NCBI GenBank assembly: GCA_965644495.1
Contig: CBFFSA010000009.1
Location: 558,001-622,000 of the forward strand
Reading direction: 5' to 3'
DNA: 64,000 nucleotides
Origin: Perkinsela sp. CCAP 1560/9
Lineage: Eukaryota; Protista; Euglenozoa: Kinetoplastea
Both the position numbers and the translations under genes were made by a program. Positions 11,596 through 21,896 of this stretch are shown here, one piece after another (within the stretch, counting starts at the first letter, position 1; each line of letters begins with the position of its first letter). A model generated the notes under the pieces. The model had not been told where the DNA came from. It ran no database searches and saw only the letters and a list, made by a program, of their open reading frames with translations.

Positions 11596-12523
11596 CCCGG
11601 ATGTTCAACTCCAGTGCACCACCCCATTGTCAACTCCAGCGCACCACTTTTTTCACCATAGTCGACCGTCATTCCCTTTTTCTGCGCCTCACCATAGTTG
11701 AACATCGTTCCTTTTTCCTTTCAACATAAAAACTTATCCAGAGTATTTAAAGAAAGCGTAATACAAGTGTAAGATCTGAGTAAGAAACTTTATTAGACAA
11801 GAATTTCTTCACCTTTACAAAATGCTTAAATTTATTGTCATTAAATTTCCAACACTAGCAGGCTAACTTTACAAGCTTTCTCACGTACCTTTGCTTACTT
11901 AGCTTCTTTTACTTACGCAGTTCATTCACAAAATCCATTGGAGAACGATAATTTAATAATTTCCGAGGACGAGTGTTCAATTCCAATGCTGTTTTGTTTA
12001 ATTCACTTTGGTTCAAATTCTCAAAAGATTCGGTTTTCTGATGGAATTGTCGGATCAAACCGTTTGCATGTTCCACAGACCCTTTCTCCCACGAATGATA
12101 CGGAGCGCAAAAGAAAGACTTGCATTTCAATTTTTTGTTTACTTCTTCATGGTGCCTCCGTGTCTGCTCCGTTGTCGTATGTGATTGTTTGAACCTTGTA
12201 ATTCTTTAACCCGTCTTCAATTTGTTTGTTTACCCCCTTCGCGTGCTTAGATTCCAACTTGCGAAGAACAAGGAAGCGACTCTTACGCTCGCACAGGGTA
12301 AGAATATATCCGGTATGTCCTCGACCCTCGACCAAGTCTGCTTCCCAATCGCCGTAGCGCCGACGCTTATTAACAATTTCTGGTCGATTTTCAAGTGGCG
12401 TTCGGTTGGGAATCGCGCTGCGATCAGGTCTGGTGCGACGACGGTATGGCCTCTTTCGCTGGATCCGCAAATGGGTGTACAACTTGCCGCCTAAGGACGC
12501 GTTGCGACGAATATGGCGATATA

Positions 12524-14079
12524 CAGGGGTGCAAATCAGATGCTGGGGGGTCTAAAATTAACAATGTTTGCGCAATTTTGGAAAATAATAGCGCATTCGA
12601 GAGCTCTCGCAGAGATCTATGTATTTGGATAGGCGGTTTCCCGGGGTGTAAGGGGGTGGTCAACTGAGGAGAAGCCCAAAAACGTCAAAATGCAAAAAGT
12701 GAAAGAAAAATTTTGTACGTTCAATAATTACAACTTTCCCCTTTTTTTTCTACTACTATGTCGAAACGCCGCGGCATGCTGTTTAAAGTATTTATGAGCA
12801 TGTCATGACCATCTGTTTTAATGTAATCAAACGCCTTTTCAATAGAATACAAAACTTCAGTCCTATTTTCTGGGTTTGTACCATCTTTAATAAAGGTGTC
12901 CATGATGTCCCAAATGTTTTCAATAGGGTTAAGATCTGGGGATTTTGGGGGAAAGTCTAAAACAAAGACTTGGTTTTCTCGAAAGGTTTTAAAGGTGCCA
13001 TTGTGACAAGGAGCATTATTCATTGCAACTCTAGTACCGCTATGACGCTTCAAGTAACTTAAGAAACCCCCCCTTTTTGTCATAGCTGCTTTAAAAACAT
13101 TTGAAGTAATTGTAACTTTCCCATTTCTGACCCTGTCGGGAAAGACGTGATAAAAAACTCCATAAATAAGGCTTATACCCATCCAAACGTTTACTCCATC
13201 CCCCCCAAACCATTTTTGCGCAGCTTTTAGGGGTGGCTTGGGGGGGTCACTCGCTCGGCAAATGTAAGAACGGCTTTCGCGCCCAAGTTGACAAGTAAAC
13301 TTTTTTTCGTCACACCAAATAATGTGACGAAGCTGTGCGACGGACCACTTCTGCATTTTCAGTGCAAATGTTAGTCGCTTGGCCTTGTGAACTTCAGTTA
13401 AGAACAGGCCTTTAGAAAAAAATCGTTGGATCATCCCTTCGTCCTTCAAAAAATTTACTAGGGCCGGCCTGCTGCAGGAGAAACCCCTTTTCCTAACCTC
13501 TCGAAGAATAAAACTCCACGAGGGACAACCTCGCGCACTTGTCGCGTTGGACGCGTCAATAATTTCGCGGCATGCCTCAAGAAGCTCCGGCGTTGTCAGT
13601 GCGTTCGCGAGGAGGCGTAGCACGTTCAACATCCCCGGTTTCCTCAAATCGCTTAACCCACAACTTAACAGTGCTGTCGTGGACGCCTTGTCTTTGGCAA
13701 GTGGCATTGTAGGAGTTTGTATTCTCGTAATCTTTAACGAGAAGCATCCTGTGTGAATATTTTGTGTGCCCCCGGGGTTCGTGTGATCTATCAGATAAGC
13801 TTTTACTGTTTTGCTTAGAGAGGGATCGCTTTTGCGGCATTATAGTGAGCTGAAAAACAAAAAAAAACACGGAAAAAACTGCAAAAATTGAAAAATCTGC
13901 AACTTTTAGGGGGGTAAAAAACCTTTAAAAAAATATCTTTTTCAAATTTGTTTTCTTTTAACGTGATAATAGCGCCAAAACATAGATCTCTGCGAGAGCT
14001 CTCGAATGATCTATTATTTTCCAAAATTGCGCAAACATTGCTAATTTTAGACCCCCCCAGCATCTGATTTGCACCCCTG
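12524..14079 (-). mobile_element. Tc1/mariner element, layer 5
   Basis: ~100-bp TIRs CAGGGGTGCAAATCAGATGCTGGGGGG...; TA TSD at 12522-12523 and 14080-14081. Confidence 0.95.
12721..13840 (-). pseudogene. Tc1-like transposase, frameshifted, second catalytic D changed to N
   Basis: HTH STVKLWVKRFEETGDV in one frame; WCDEKKF, MNNAPCH and FPPKSPDLNPIENIW in another. Confidence 0.9.
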
Positions 14080-14581
14080 TATGGTAGAAGTCGAGGCGGT
14101 ACGACAGCTACGGATCGTATTTGCAATCTGTTCCGGGCTGTGCTTCTTTTGAAGTCGAGAGCTGACTTCCTCTTCCAAAAGGCCTTGTATCTTGTGAGGC
14201 TTGACCTTTTTACACGAGAGGCGTCTTTTCGAAATGCGCTGTGCCCTCGTCCCCTCATAGCGCTGACCCCTTCTTGCATTACGCGCCAACTCGCGACAAA
14301 CAGTGCTGTGACTTTTGCCAATTATGCGAGCTATGCTTCGCCGACTCTCGCCAGATGTAAAGAGTGATTGAATACGATTACGATCGTAATGACTGAGTCT
14401 TGAATAATGGCGCATTTGTAGTGTAGATCCGAAGGATATTATAAAATAATACTTCTTTAAATAATTGATGGTGCATTGGAAATGAGAATACAGTTTTTAA
14501 GAAAAAGTGGTGCACTGGAAATGACAAGAAAATTATTTTTTAGGAAAAAAAGTGGTGCGTTGGTGTTGACAATCCGCCATC

Positions 14582-17500
14582 ACCTAGCTCAATGGGTAAA
14601 GCGGTAAATAAGGTACTGAACGGGAGAGCGGTCCCTGGGTTATCGGCGTTTCGGATCGTTCTGCTCCTTCGCACCGACGACAAAGAAGAAGTACAGCCAT
14701 CAAAGCCCCAAACGGTCCCAACACTTCCACCATACGAGATTATTTCGCGTGACCACGCCTCCTCCTTGAAGCGGACGCACCCATGCCAACATCGATGCAT
14801 AAGTCAACTCAAATGCAGCCATCCATGCTGCAAAATCTATGGACCATCCCTCGATCAGGGAATCGAAGGAGACTCTGAGGGGAGCCCCAACGCAGGACAA
14901 GAGCAAGAACACCCCGAACTTAACCCCCCCACTTCCGCTTCCTCTCCGAGACCACTCGACGAGACGGAGTACCTTTTCCGCACGGCACGATACATCCAGG
15001 GGGGCAAGTTAAACATAAACTTGGCTGACGCGCACTGGCACGAGGTGGAACGTAGGGCCCTCCACAGATGCAACACCTTGCTCACTGTCTCTGGCGACGC
15101 ACTCCCCGCCGTCCATAACGCAGAACTACTGAGTGCAATACTAGCGGTGTCGGCATATGAAGTGGCGCGAGACGTCGACTCCAGGAAGGGTTTCATTATC
15201 CGAACGGCTCGAGGACACACAAAGGGGAAAGTCCGTCCATTAGAAAGCGAAAAAGTTGCCTTTTCCTTCTCTCGACATGTAAAACAACTACAAATGAAGC
15301 TGCGATACACACACGGCAAGGCTCCCCGCATGGCGTTGAAACAAAAGATTAAGGAAACCAAAAAGGCGGAACGTATATACAGCGCAGAAGCCATGGCCCA
15401 AAAACGGGAACTGGAAAGTCGCTGGGCACTTCAACAATTCAACCGCAATCCATGGACGGCTGCGAGTCAAACCTTGGACAAAAGCACAGAAGCAGAAAGT
15501 GTACCGGCCTATCCGACTTGCAATGTACAGAAAGTGGAAAGTGTGTTCACAACATTACTTACGGACCCCACTACAGTGCATCACTTACCACCCCACGACG
15601 TCCTCGGAATCCGTCCTCTGGCAGAAATGACCTGGGACGAACTGGCTTCAATCGACATTTCGAACGCTCTCACATCAAAGAAAAACAGCAGTGCTCCAGG
15701 CCAGGACTCCATTACGTACCAGACTCTAAAGCGATGCCACAGCTCCCACACCCACATGGCAAACGTCTTCAACGCGCTAGTGCGCTTCAGCACATGTCCG
15801 ACGTCGTGGAAAATATCCGTCACTCGCCTCATTTACAAAAAAGGGGAGCCTGACAACCCACAAAGCTGGCGTCCCATCGGCCTGACTAGCGTACTAGGGA
15901 AACTCCTGCATTCCATCATCAGCCGGAAAATGACGAAATTCCTAATTGAAGCCTCTGTCATTGACCCCAAGATACAGAAAGGCTTTCTCCCCGCCATTAA
16001 CGGTACTCTCGAACATACGCAATCCCTCTCAGAGCTCCTACGCCACTACCGGAAGAACAAGTTGAACTACTGCATGGCCGAGCTAGACCTCAGTAACGCC
16101 TTTGGTTCAGTCCCCCGCAACATCATCTTTGAAGCACTGGAATGGGCGAGAATCTCCCCAAACATTATTAAATACGTCCAATGTTTATACACTGACGCAA
16201 GTACCCGCATTAAATGTTACGAAGGTCTGTCCAGCGCGATCCCAGCTAAACGAGGTGTCTTACAAGGTGACACTCTCTCTCCTACGCTCTTTCTGGTGAT
16301 TATGGATCTAGCCCTACGTTACATGGCAAAATCGTTTCCCTCATTTGGATTGAACCTCCCTGGATTTCCAAAAAGCTTCCTAAAAGCGTACGCCGACGAT
16401 CTCACGGTCCTGACGAATAGTGAAAAAGAAATGCAACTGGCTGTTGAAACACTATCCACGGTACTCGGTTCGCTTGGCCTTTCCATCAACGTCAAAAAGT
16501 GCAGAGTCCAATATATGGCGTCCAAGAAAAATGATGAACACCCCGGCTACATGACACGACGTCCTCAAATTTTCATCAAGAACGAAGCTATACCGCATAT
16601 ATGCGACGAAGGAAGTACGTTTCTTGGCATGAATATTGCCCCCGGTTCTCAACAATCCCGAGCCCTTTTCACGAAAGTTAGGCCCTTATTGAAGCGATGG
16701 CTTCATAACATTGACCAGTCGGCCCACGACCTCCCATCAAAAATTTGGATATATCAGCACGCAATCATCTCTCGGCTACGCTTCACCTTTACTATACACC
16801 CATGTATCACGCTAAACTTTATTTTACGCCTTCAGAAAATGTGTACTCACTCCCTGAAACGGTGGATCAATGCGGCTAGAACTACATGCAGCGAAGCAAT
16901 CTACTCTCAGCGTGGATGGAACATCTGCAGCTTGTCCAGACTCTGGGAAGACTGTACAGCTGATCTTCTCTGTCAAATGAAGCGGTCCCGAGACCCGAAC
17001 GTTACCGCCGCACTGCAGGAAAGAATACGGGCTGAAGAACATAAGCGCAGGAAAGGCCAAATTCGACCAGCATGTGACATCACACACATACTGGAGGATC
17101 GCGACCTCGCAAAACGAACTCTTCTTGAGCTTAATGAGGACCGAATGATCAACGCACTACGCCGCAGGTCAACGTTCGCTATTCAGTGGTGGGATATAAC
17201 CTCCGAGGAAGAACAGGCGAAAGATTTCAGCGCCGCGATAAACGGATTACGTAGCACTTCCCTTAGCCGCTTCGCAACTTCTTTAATGGTACAAAACACT
17301 CTCCCTAATAGGACAATGCTGAGGACATGGGGAATTCACGGCACAGATACAGTACAATTCCGAATTTGTAAACAAGAACCGGAAACATTACGACACCTCT
17401 TATCCTCGTGCAAGGTATCACTAGAACAGGGACGTTGCACATATCGCCATGATAGTGTACTCTCCACCTTTGCAAACGCGATACTCTCTTCCCCCCATAC

Positions 17501-17921
17501 CGCAGAGGCACATTTTGATCTCCCACACCTACGTCAACTACCCGCATGGTGGTCCGACCTGGAAACACAGCTTCGCCCAGATGGAATCGTCAAACTCAAC
17601 GACGGAACTGAATTTATCGTTGAGTTGACGATGCCCTGGGAGGAAAACGTACACGAAGCCCACTGCCGAAAAGTAGAAAAGTACATAAATATTCTACACC
17701 GACGAAAAATAAGGTACTCAGACTGCCACTTGATATGCTTTGAAGTTGGAGCTAGAGGTCTCCCTTCTACGACGCTGCGTCACATCAACCGTCTCTTTTT
17801 GGGTGACAAGGCACTCTCAGATAAGTGCCGTGTCGAAGTCATCCGAACGGCGATCCGGAGCAGCTTTCAACTCTGGCTGAAAAGGGAATCCCCTTTATGG
17901 GACAACCAAAGCTTTGGTTAG
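14582..17921 (+). CDS. LINE ORF: reverse transcriptase, zinc knuckle, restriction-like endonuclease
   Basis: SAPGQD, WRPIGL, QKGFL, LDLSNAFGSV, GVLQGDTLSP, YADD; ICKQEPETLRHLLSSC...QGRCTYRHDSVL; LRPD...VELTMPWE...KVEKY. Confidence 0.95.
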
Positions 17922-18164
17922 CAAATGGTCTAGCAGGCGACGTCATATGCGTACGTCCTGTTAGACTTTATTACTCTACAGGTAATGCCCTGTATAGATA
18001 TAATTCCCCTAGCCCCCCTCGTGCGAAAAATAAGGGTGGGTGCCTTTTTTGATGCGGAGGGGTTTAATAGATGGTTGTTAATAATAGACGAACTCCCCCT
18101 TTAGAAAATTTAAACCGCTGGAATCACTTTTCATGATAAAGTAACTCTGTACTCCGTGAGAGAG

Positions 18165-18262
18165 CTCGAAACCCACATGGCACCAGTATTTAATGATGTG
18201 CTCAAATTAGGCGATTGCCCTTCAACGTGGAAGACTGCTGTGACTCAGCTGATACAGAAAGG
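18165..18262 (+). pseudogene. Older RT fragment of a related LINE
   Basis: LETHMAPVFNDVLKLGDCPSTWKTAVTQLIQKG versus HTHMANVFNALVRFSTCPTSWKISVTRLIYKKG in the LINE. Confidence 0.75.
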
Positions 18263-18608
18263 ATCTGTTTGTGTCTTCTCCATATAGTATGCATTTTGCA
18301 CGATGGACACAGTAGACGTGGAACATAGTAGAAATCATCGATGGTTGCACTGCTACCAAGCGCTCATTGATAACATAGTGTCCGAGCTGAAGCTAAAACA
18401 TGTCACTGTAGTGCACAGTTCCCGCTGTTTTTAGGTCTTTTGAGAATAAGAATAGAAAAACAAATAATGCATGGGATCATGTCCAACTCCCTACCTCCCA
18501 CCATGAGGGAGCTGCTCACTGGGGCGTCCCTCAAACTCTTTACCAAGCCGGGCGCCCCGGTTGGGCACCATTCCTCTTACCAATGCTTCCTAAAGGTTGC
18601 GGGATAAA

Positions 18609-18631
18609 GATACAGTTTCTGTACCTTGTTG
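18609..18631 (+). other. Spliced-leader exon 3' relic
   Basis: GATACAGTTTCTGTACCTTGTTG; GATACAGTTTCTGTAC matches the trypanosomatid SL core. Confidence 0.85.
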
Positions 18632-19061
18632 GTACATTTTCCCTAGCTCATCCTTTCTTTTCCCGGAAACGGGCATACTCTTAACCTTTCATGTGTGTCC
18701 GTTTCCGACTGGCGCTAGGGCCGGAAACTCTTCTTTCCGTTGAAGAGGGGCCGCCGCTTCGCACACCCGTGCAGCGGGTCAGACGCGCCGAGTGCCCCCG
18801 CTGGATGGACGCCAGGGAGAGCCTCTCAACGACGCTGCGTAGCCGAAAGGCTTCTTGCAGCCTCTCAACGACGCCCCCCGCAGTGGAAGTCCAGTGCCCC
18901 CTTCACCCCCCCATGTGCTGCAGGACCTCCCTGGAGGACCACGCGGCGTGGCCATAGGCCGAATCCCTGCGTACGACCGGCGTTGAATGCGCTGTAATGG
19001 CCGTTGATAACAGTCGTCGTACGTCAGGCGCTCACTCTTCAGGTTTTGCCCCGCATGAAAT
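18609..19061 (+). mobile_element. SL-headed SINE-like non-autonomous retroelement
   Basis: Starts with SL-like 23-mer; 3' end resembles the LINE 3' end; ATAAA TSD at 18604-18608 and 19062-19066. Confidence 0.72.
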
Positions 19062-20222
19062 ATAAATAAATACTGGAGAAGGTGAGAGAAAACCTACCCT
19101 CCTACTTTCAAGGCATTCAATTTGGGGCGCAGTACACCCAAGGGTGCGAACACATAATCTACAGTGTTCGTCAACACTTTAGGGACAGACCGGGCGAGGT
19201 CACAGTGGCAGCCGACCTCGAGAATGCCTTCAACAGCATCTCGAGGTCGGCCATCTTCAGGGCCCTAAAGGGAGACTCCAAGCTACTCCCCCTTGAAGGT
19301 ATCAACCTCTTCGGCTACGGGAAGCCTAGCACCCTACACCTTGGGGAAGGAATCTCCATAATGAGCTCCAGGGGGGGTAAAACAAGGGGACCCCATGGCC
19401 CCAATCCTATTCGCCATAGGAATCCAAGGGGACATAGCCAAGGTGGCGGCTAAGTTCCCAGGCTCCCTCAAAATATGGGCTTACCTTGACGATGTCACCT
19501 TCGCGGGTGAACCAAAGGTATGTGGGGCGGCTCTGGAGGTTCTTGAGAGGGAAATCAAGCACCTTGGGCTTAACACGGGGTAAACTATAGTGGCCACCCG
19601 CCAACACAGCCTCTACTCAGAGTTCTCCGGAAACAGAATGGTTCACTCCCATGGACAGACATTCCCCCAAACAAAATAAACATTACTGGTGATTTTGCTC
19701 TATTATTTTGTTTTGCTCTATTATTTGTAGGAACCCCGATTGGTTCGGCAAACCACTGCAGCGCTTTTCTCCACACGAATGCGTTACTCCATCTATCGAT
19801 ATCTACATTGCGGACAATAAAGAGAATCGAGGACCCACAAGTCGCGTTGACACTGCTGTCTCTTTCATAAATAATTATATCTGAAAAAGCTCCTAAAAAT
19901 GAGAAAATGAAGACTTTTTTCGATCACTCATTTCCCATCACCGCGAGAACAAATATTGGATGGGGGACAATTCTGGTACGTGGGTCGCTGAAGTTCAAGG
20001 TGATTTTATCGCTTTTTTGGCGTAATATAGAATTTCCATATCGAATATGGAAATGAATATTAGCCATCGTAAACGGATATTATCAAACTGATAATCTCTG
20101 TAGAATCTTTTCATCATCTCAGCATGAAAAGCGCTACAATTTTACAAAATCGGCGACGTTTTACGAACCTTAAATTCGTACACCCCGTGAATACAAGTGT
20201 AAATCGGTTTTTTGAACCTCCG

Positions 20223-20912
20223 CTAACTAAAATTTTTAGGTTGAAGCGTAGGAGCCTGTGAACGAAACATTCTCGAGCTCTCCCCCGGAAGCCATTTCAC
20301 CTTTCCTTCCTCCCCCTTTTCCCCATGAGCATTCTCCTCCCCACCTCCTATCCTCCCCTCACTCGAGGACGTTCCACTCGTGATCGCCCCCGTACTCCCC
20401 TGCCCCCCCGTCACCCCACACCCCTTGGGGCACCCCTTTCCCAGAACCGTTCGACGGTCCAGGGACATACAGTAGCGCTCCCCACACCCCCCGCACACCC
20501 ACCACAGGGGCTGCACGGTGGTGTTGATCACCACCGCGGGGTGCAGGTGGCGGGGGTTGCGCTCGTAGTCCCACTCCGCGGCGATCGCGGGGTGGGTCTC
20601 CCGTAGCCGCGTGTGTCGGCCGTAGACCACATAGTTAAACGTACACATGGAGCGGCAGTTGGCGATACGTGTGGTCTTCCGGCGCCGGGGGTGGGCGGCG
20701 CGGTAGAAGGCGACGGGGGTGTGGAGGAGTGAAGGGAGAGGGAGAGGGTGGGGTGCAGCATGGGGGGAAGAGAAGCGGTTGGGAAGGACGTTGGAGGGGG
20801 GAAGGTGTGGAGGGGGAGGGGAGGAGAGAGGGTGGGGGTGGCGAAGGATGGATAAAGGAAGCCGTTTGTAGAGGGATGGAAGAGTGAGCTGATGGGGTGT
20901 GAATAGGGTCAT
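20223..20912 (-). CDS. Zinc-ribbon (treble-clef, DUF4379-like) protein, possibly mitochondrial
   Basis: LRETHPAIAAEWDYERN...WWVCGGCG...RRT..GKGCP; N-terminus lacks acidic residues. Confidence 0.7.
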   Translation of the reverse strand: MTLFTPHQLTLPSLYKRLPLSILRHPHPLSSPPPPHLPPSNVLPNRFSSPHAAPHPLPLPSLLHTPVAFYRAAHPRRRKTTRIANCRSMCTFNYVVYGRHTRLRETHPAIAAEWDYERNPRHLHPAVVINTTVQPLWWVCGGCGERYCMSLDRRTVLGKGCPKGCGVTGGQGSTGAITSGTSSSEGRIGGGEENAHGEKGEEGKVKWLPGESSRMFRSQAPTLQPKNFS

Positions 20913-21896
20913 GGATGAAAGGGGTTAGAAAATAGGGCGCAGAAATAGAGGTTGCAAATAAATAGAACGGATGCGTAAGAATGACTGCTCAAAATAATCT
21001 TCCATCAGATGCGTTCGAATGTTACTGCATATTACTTTATTTTTACTTGTACCAAGTAGAACCAAACTAAAACTGATAAAATGATTCAAAAAGCTGTGTT
21101 TCATCGTCGCGTAGCTCACAACAGTCCTCACCGACAAACTAACATCAGGTTCCATCAACAGACGACCCCTCAATGTACTCCAAGACGCAACCCTTAAAGA
21201 ATTGCTTTCAAATATCCTTCTCCCAGGGGTCTCCCAAGATAATGTACAGACCCATATCATCGATATTGGGACAAAAGTCTAGCAGGTAAAAAGTAGTCGC
21301 GAAAGGAAAATAAAGGTGGATTCGTGCGCTTCAGGACAGAGAGAACCCCGGAAAAATATTTTGAATCAGGTCGCAGTCCCCGAACGTTGTATACAGTCTC
21401 GTGAAAACCAGATTTTGTACAAAAGAAATGAAATTTTTGGTTTTCAGTATTTTGATAGCCCCGTGACTTTGCTCATCAAGAAATTTCAGAAAACAATCAG
21501 AAAAATGTGCAAAGTCAGGGGGAAACTTGTAAAAAGTATGAACTTGTAAAAGTGTGAACTTTTTAAAGCGTAAGCATGAACTGAAAAAGGACTTTGATAA
21601 AATACGTTACTGATTTGATTTCAACCTTTTTAATCAGATATTATATGCCAAACGCGGGGTGGATATTATGCTAAGACAATTCTGGTGAACTTAAACATAA
21701 GAAAGTCAAATCTATGTGTGTAATTGTACATGCCCGATAAGTCCTCGTTACCTTCCAAGTTCAGTATACGTACGTTTGAAAATTTAAACGTGCCTGAAAA
21801 TCTGTTCCATTCCAAATGCAGATTTTCCAGCGATCGTGGAAGCAACGCAGTCTCCACTTCACCGCGCAGCTCGTTCTTGGAAAGGTCCAACTTTGT

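Larger units (their letters stand above)
11909..14415 (-). pseudogene. IS30-family DDE transposase (~315 aa), split by Tc1 plus one frameshift near 12155
   Basis: HTH SIARIIGKSHSTVCRELARN; SPEQIA; rejoined STIYRHI...GGKLYTHLR; GDWEADLV, TYDNG, WEKGSVEHANGLIRQF, LNTRPRKLL. Confidence 0.93.
11596..14578 (-). mobile_element. IS30-family insertion sequence, layer 4
   Basis: 27-bp imperfect IRs (CCCGGATGTTCAACTCCAGTGCACCAC / GGCGGATTGTCAACACCAACGCACCAC); ATC TSD at 11593-11595 and 14579-14581; 1425 bp after removing the Tc1. Confidence 0.9.
9635..17999 (+). mobile_element. Full-length RLE-type non-LTR retrotransposon (HERO-like), layer 3
   Basis: ATAA TSD at 9631-9634 and 18000-18003; SL-like 5' end; single long ORF restored in frame when the IS30 is removed. 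Confidence 0.88.
8763..18064 (-). mobile_element. Internally deleted Tc1-like element, layer 2
   Basis: TIR AACCC(C)TCCGCA.CAA.AAGGCACCC.CCCTTA; TA TSD at 8761-8762 and 18065-18066. Confidence 0.85.
8448..18101. mobile_element. Outer non-autonomous TIR element (Kolobok- or Tc1-like MITE), layer 1 of nest
   Basis: TIR AAGGGGG(G/A)GTTCGTCTATTATTAACAA at both ends; flanks TTAA/TTAG; removing layer 2 restores its internal motif TTGTTAATAATAGATG. Confidence 0.8.
18473..19860 (+). pseudogene. CRE/SLACS-like retrotransposon RT relic, interrupted by 18609-19061
   Basis: ELLTGASLKLFTKP..FLKVAG before the insert; ILEKVR..QFG..GCE..DLENAFNSISR..GDPMAPILF..AYLDD after it. Confidence 0.8.

Noticed and set aside
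11596-14578. IS30 as bacterial contamination or misassembly
   Set aside because: It has a clean TSD inside a eukaryotic LINE and contains a Tc1 related to others in the window.
18609-18750. A functional SL RNA gene
   Set aside because: Only 23 nt of exon, no array, bounded by a TSD and embedded in a CRE RT relic. The GT after the exon means SL-RNA origin of the head cannot be fully excluded.
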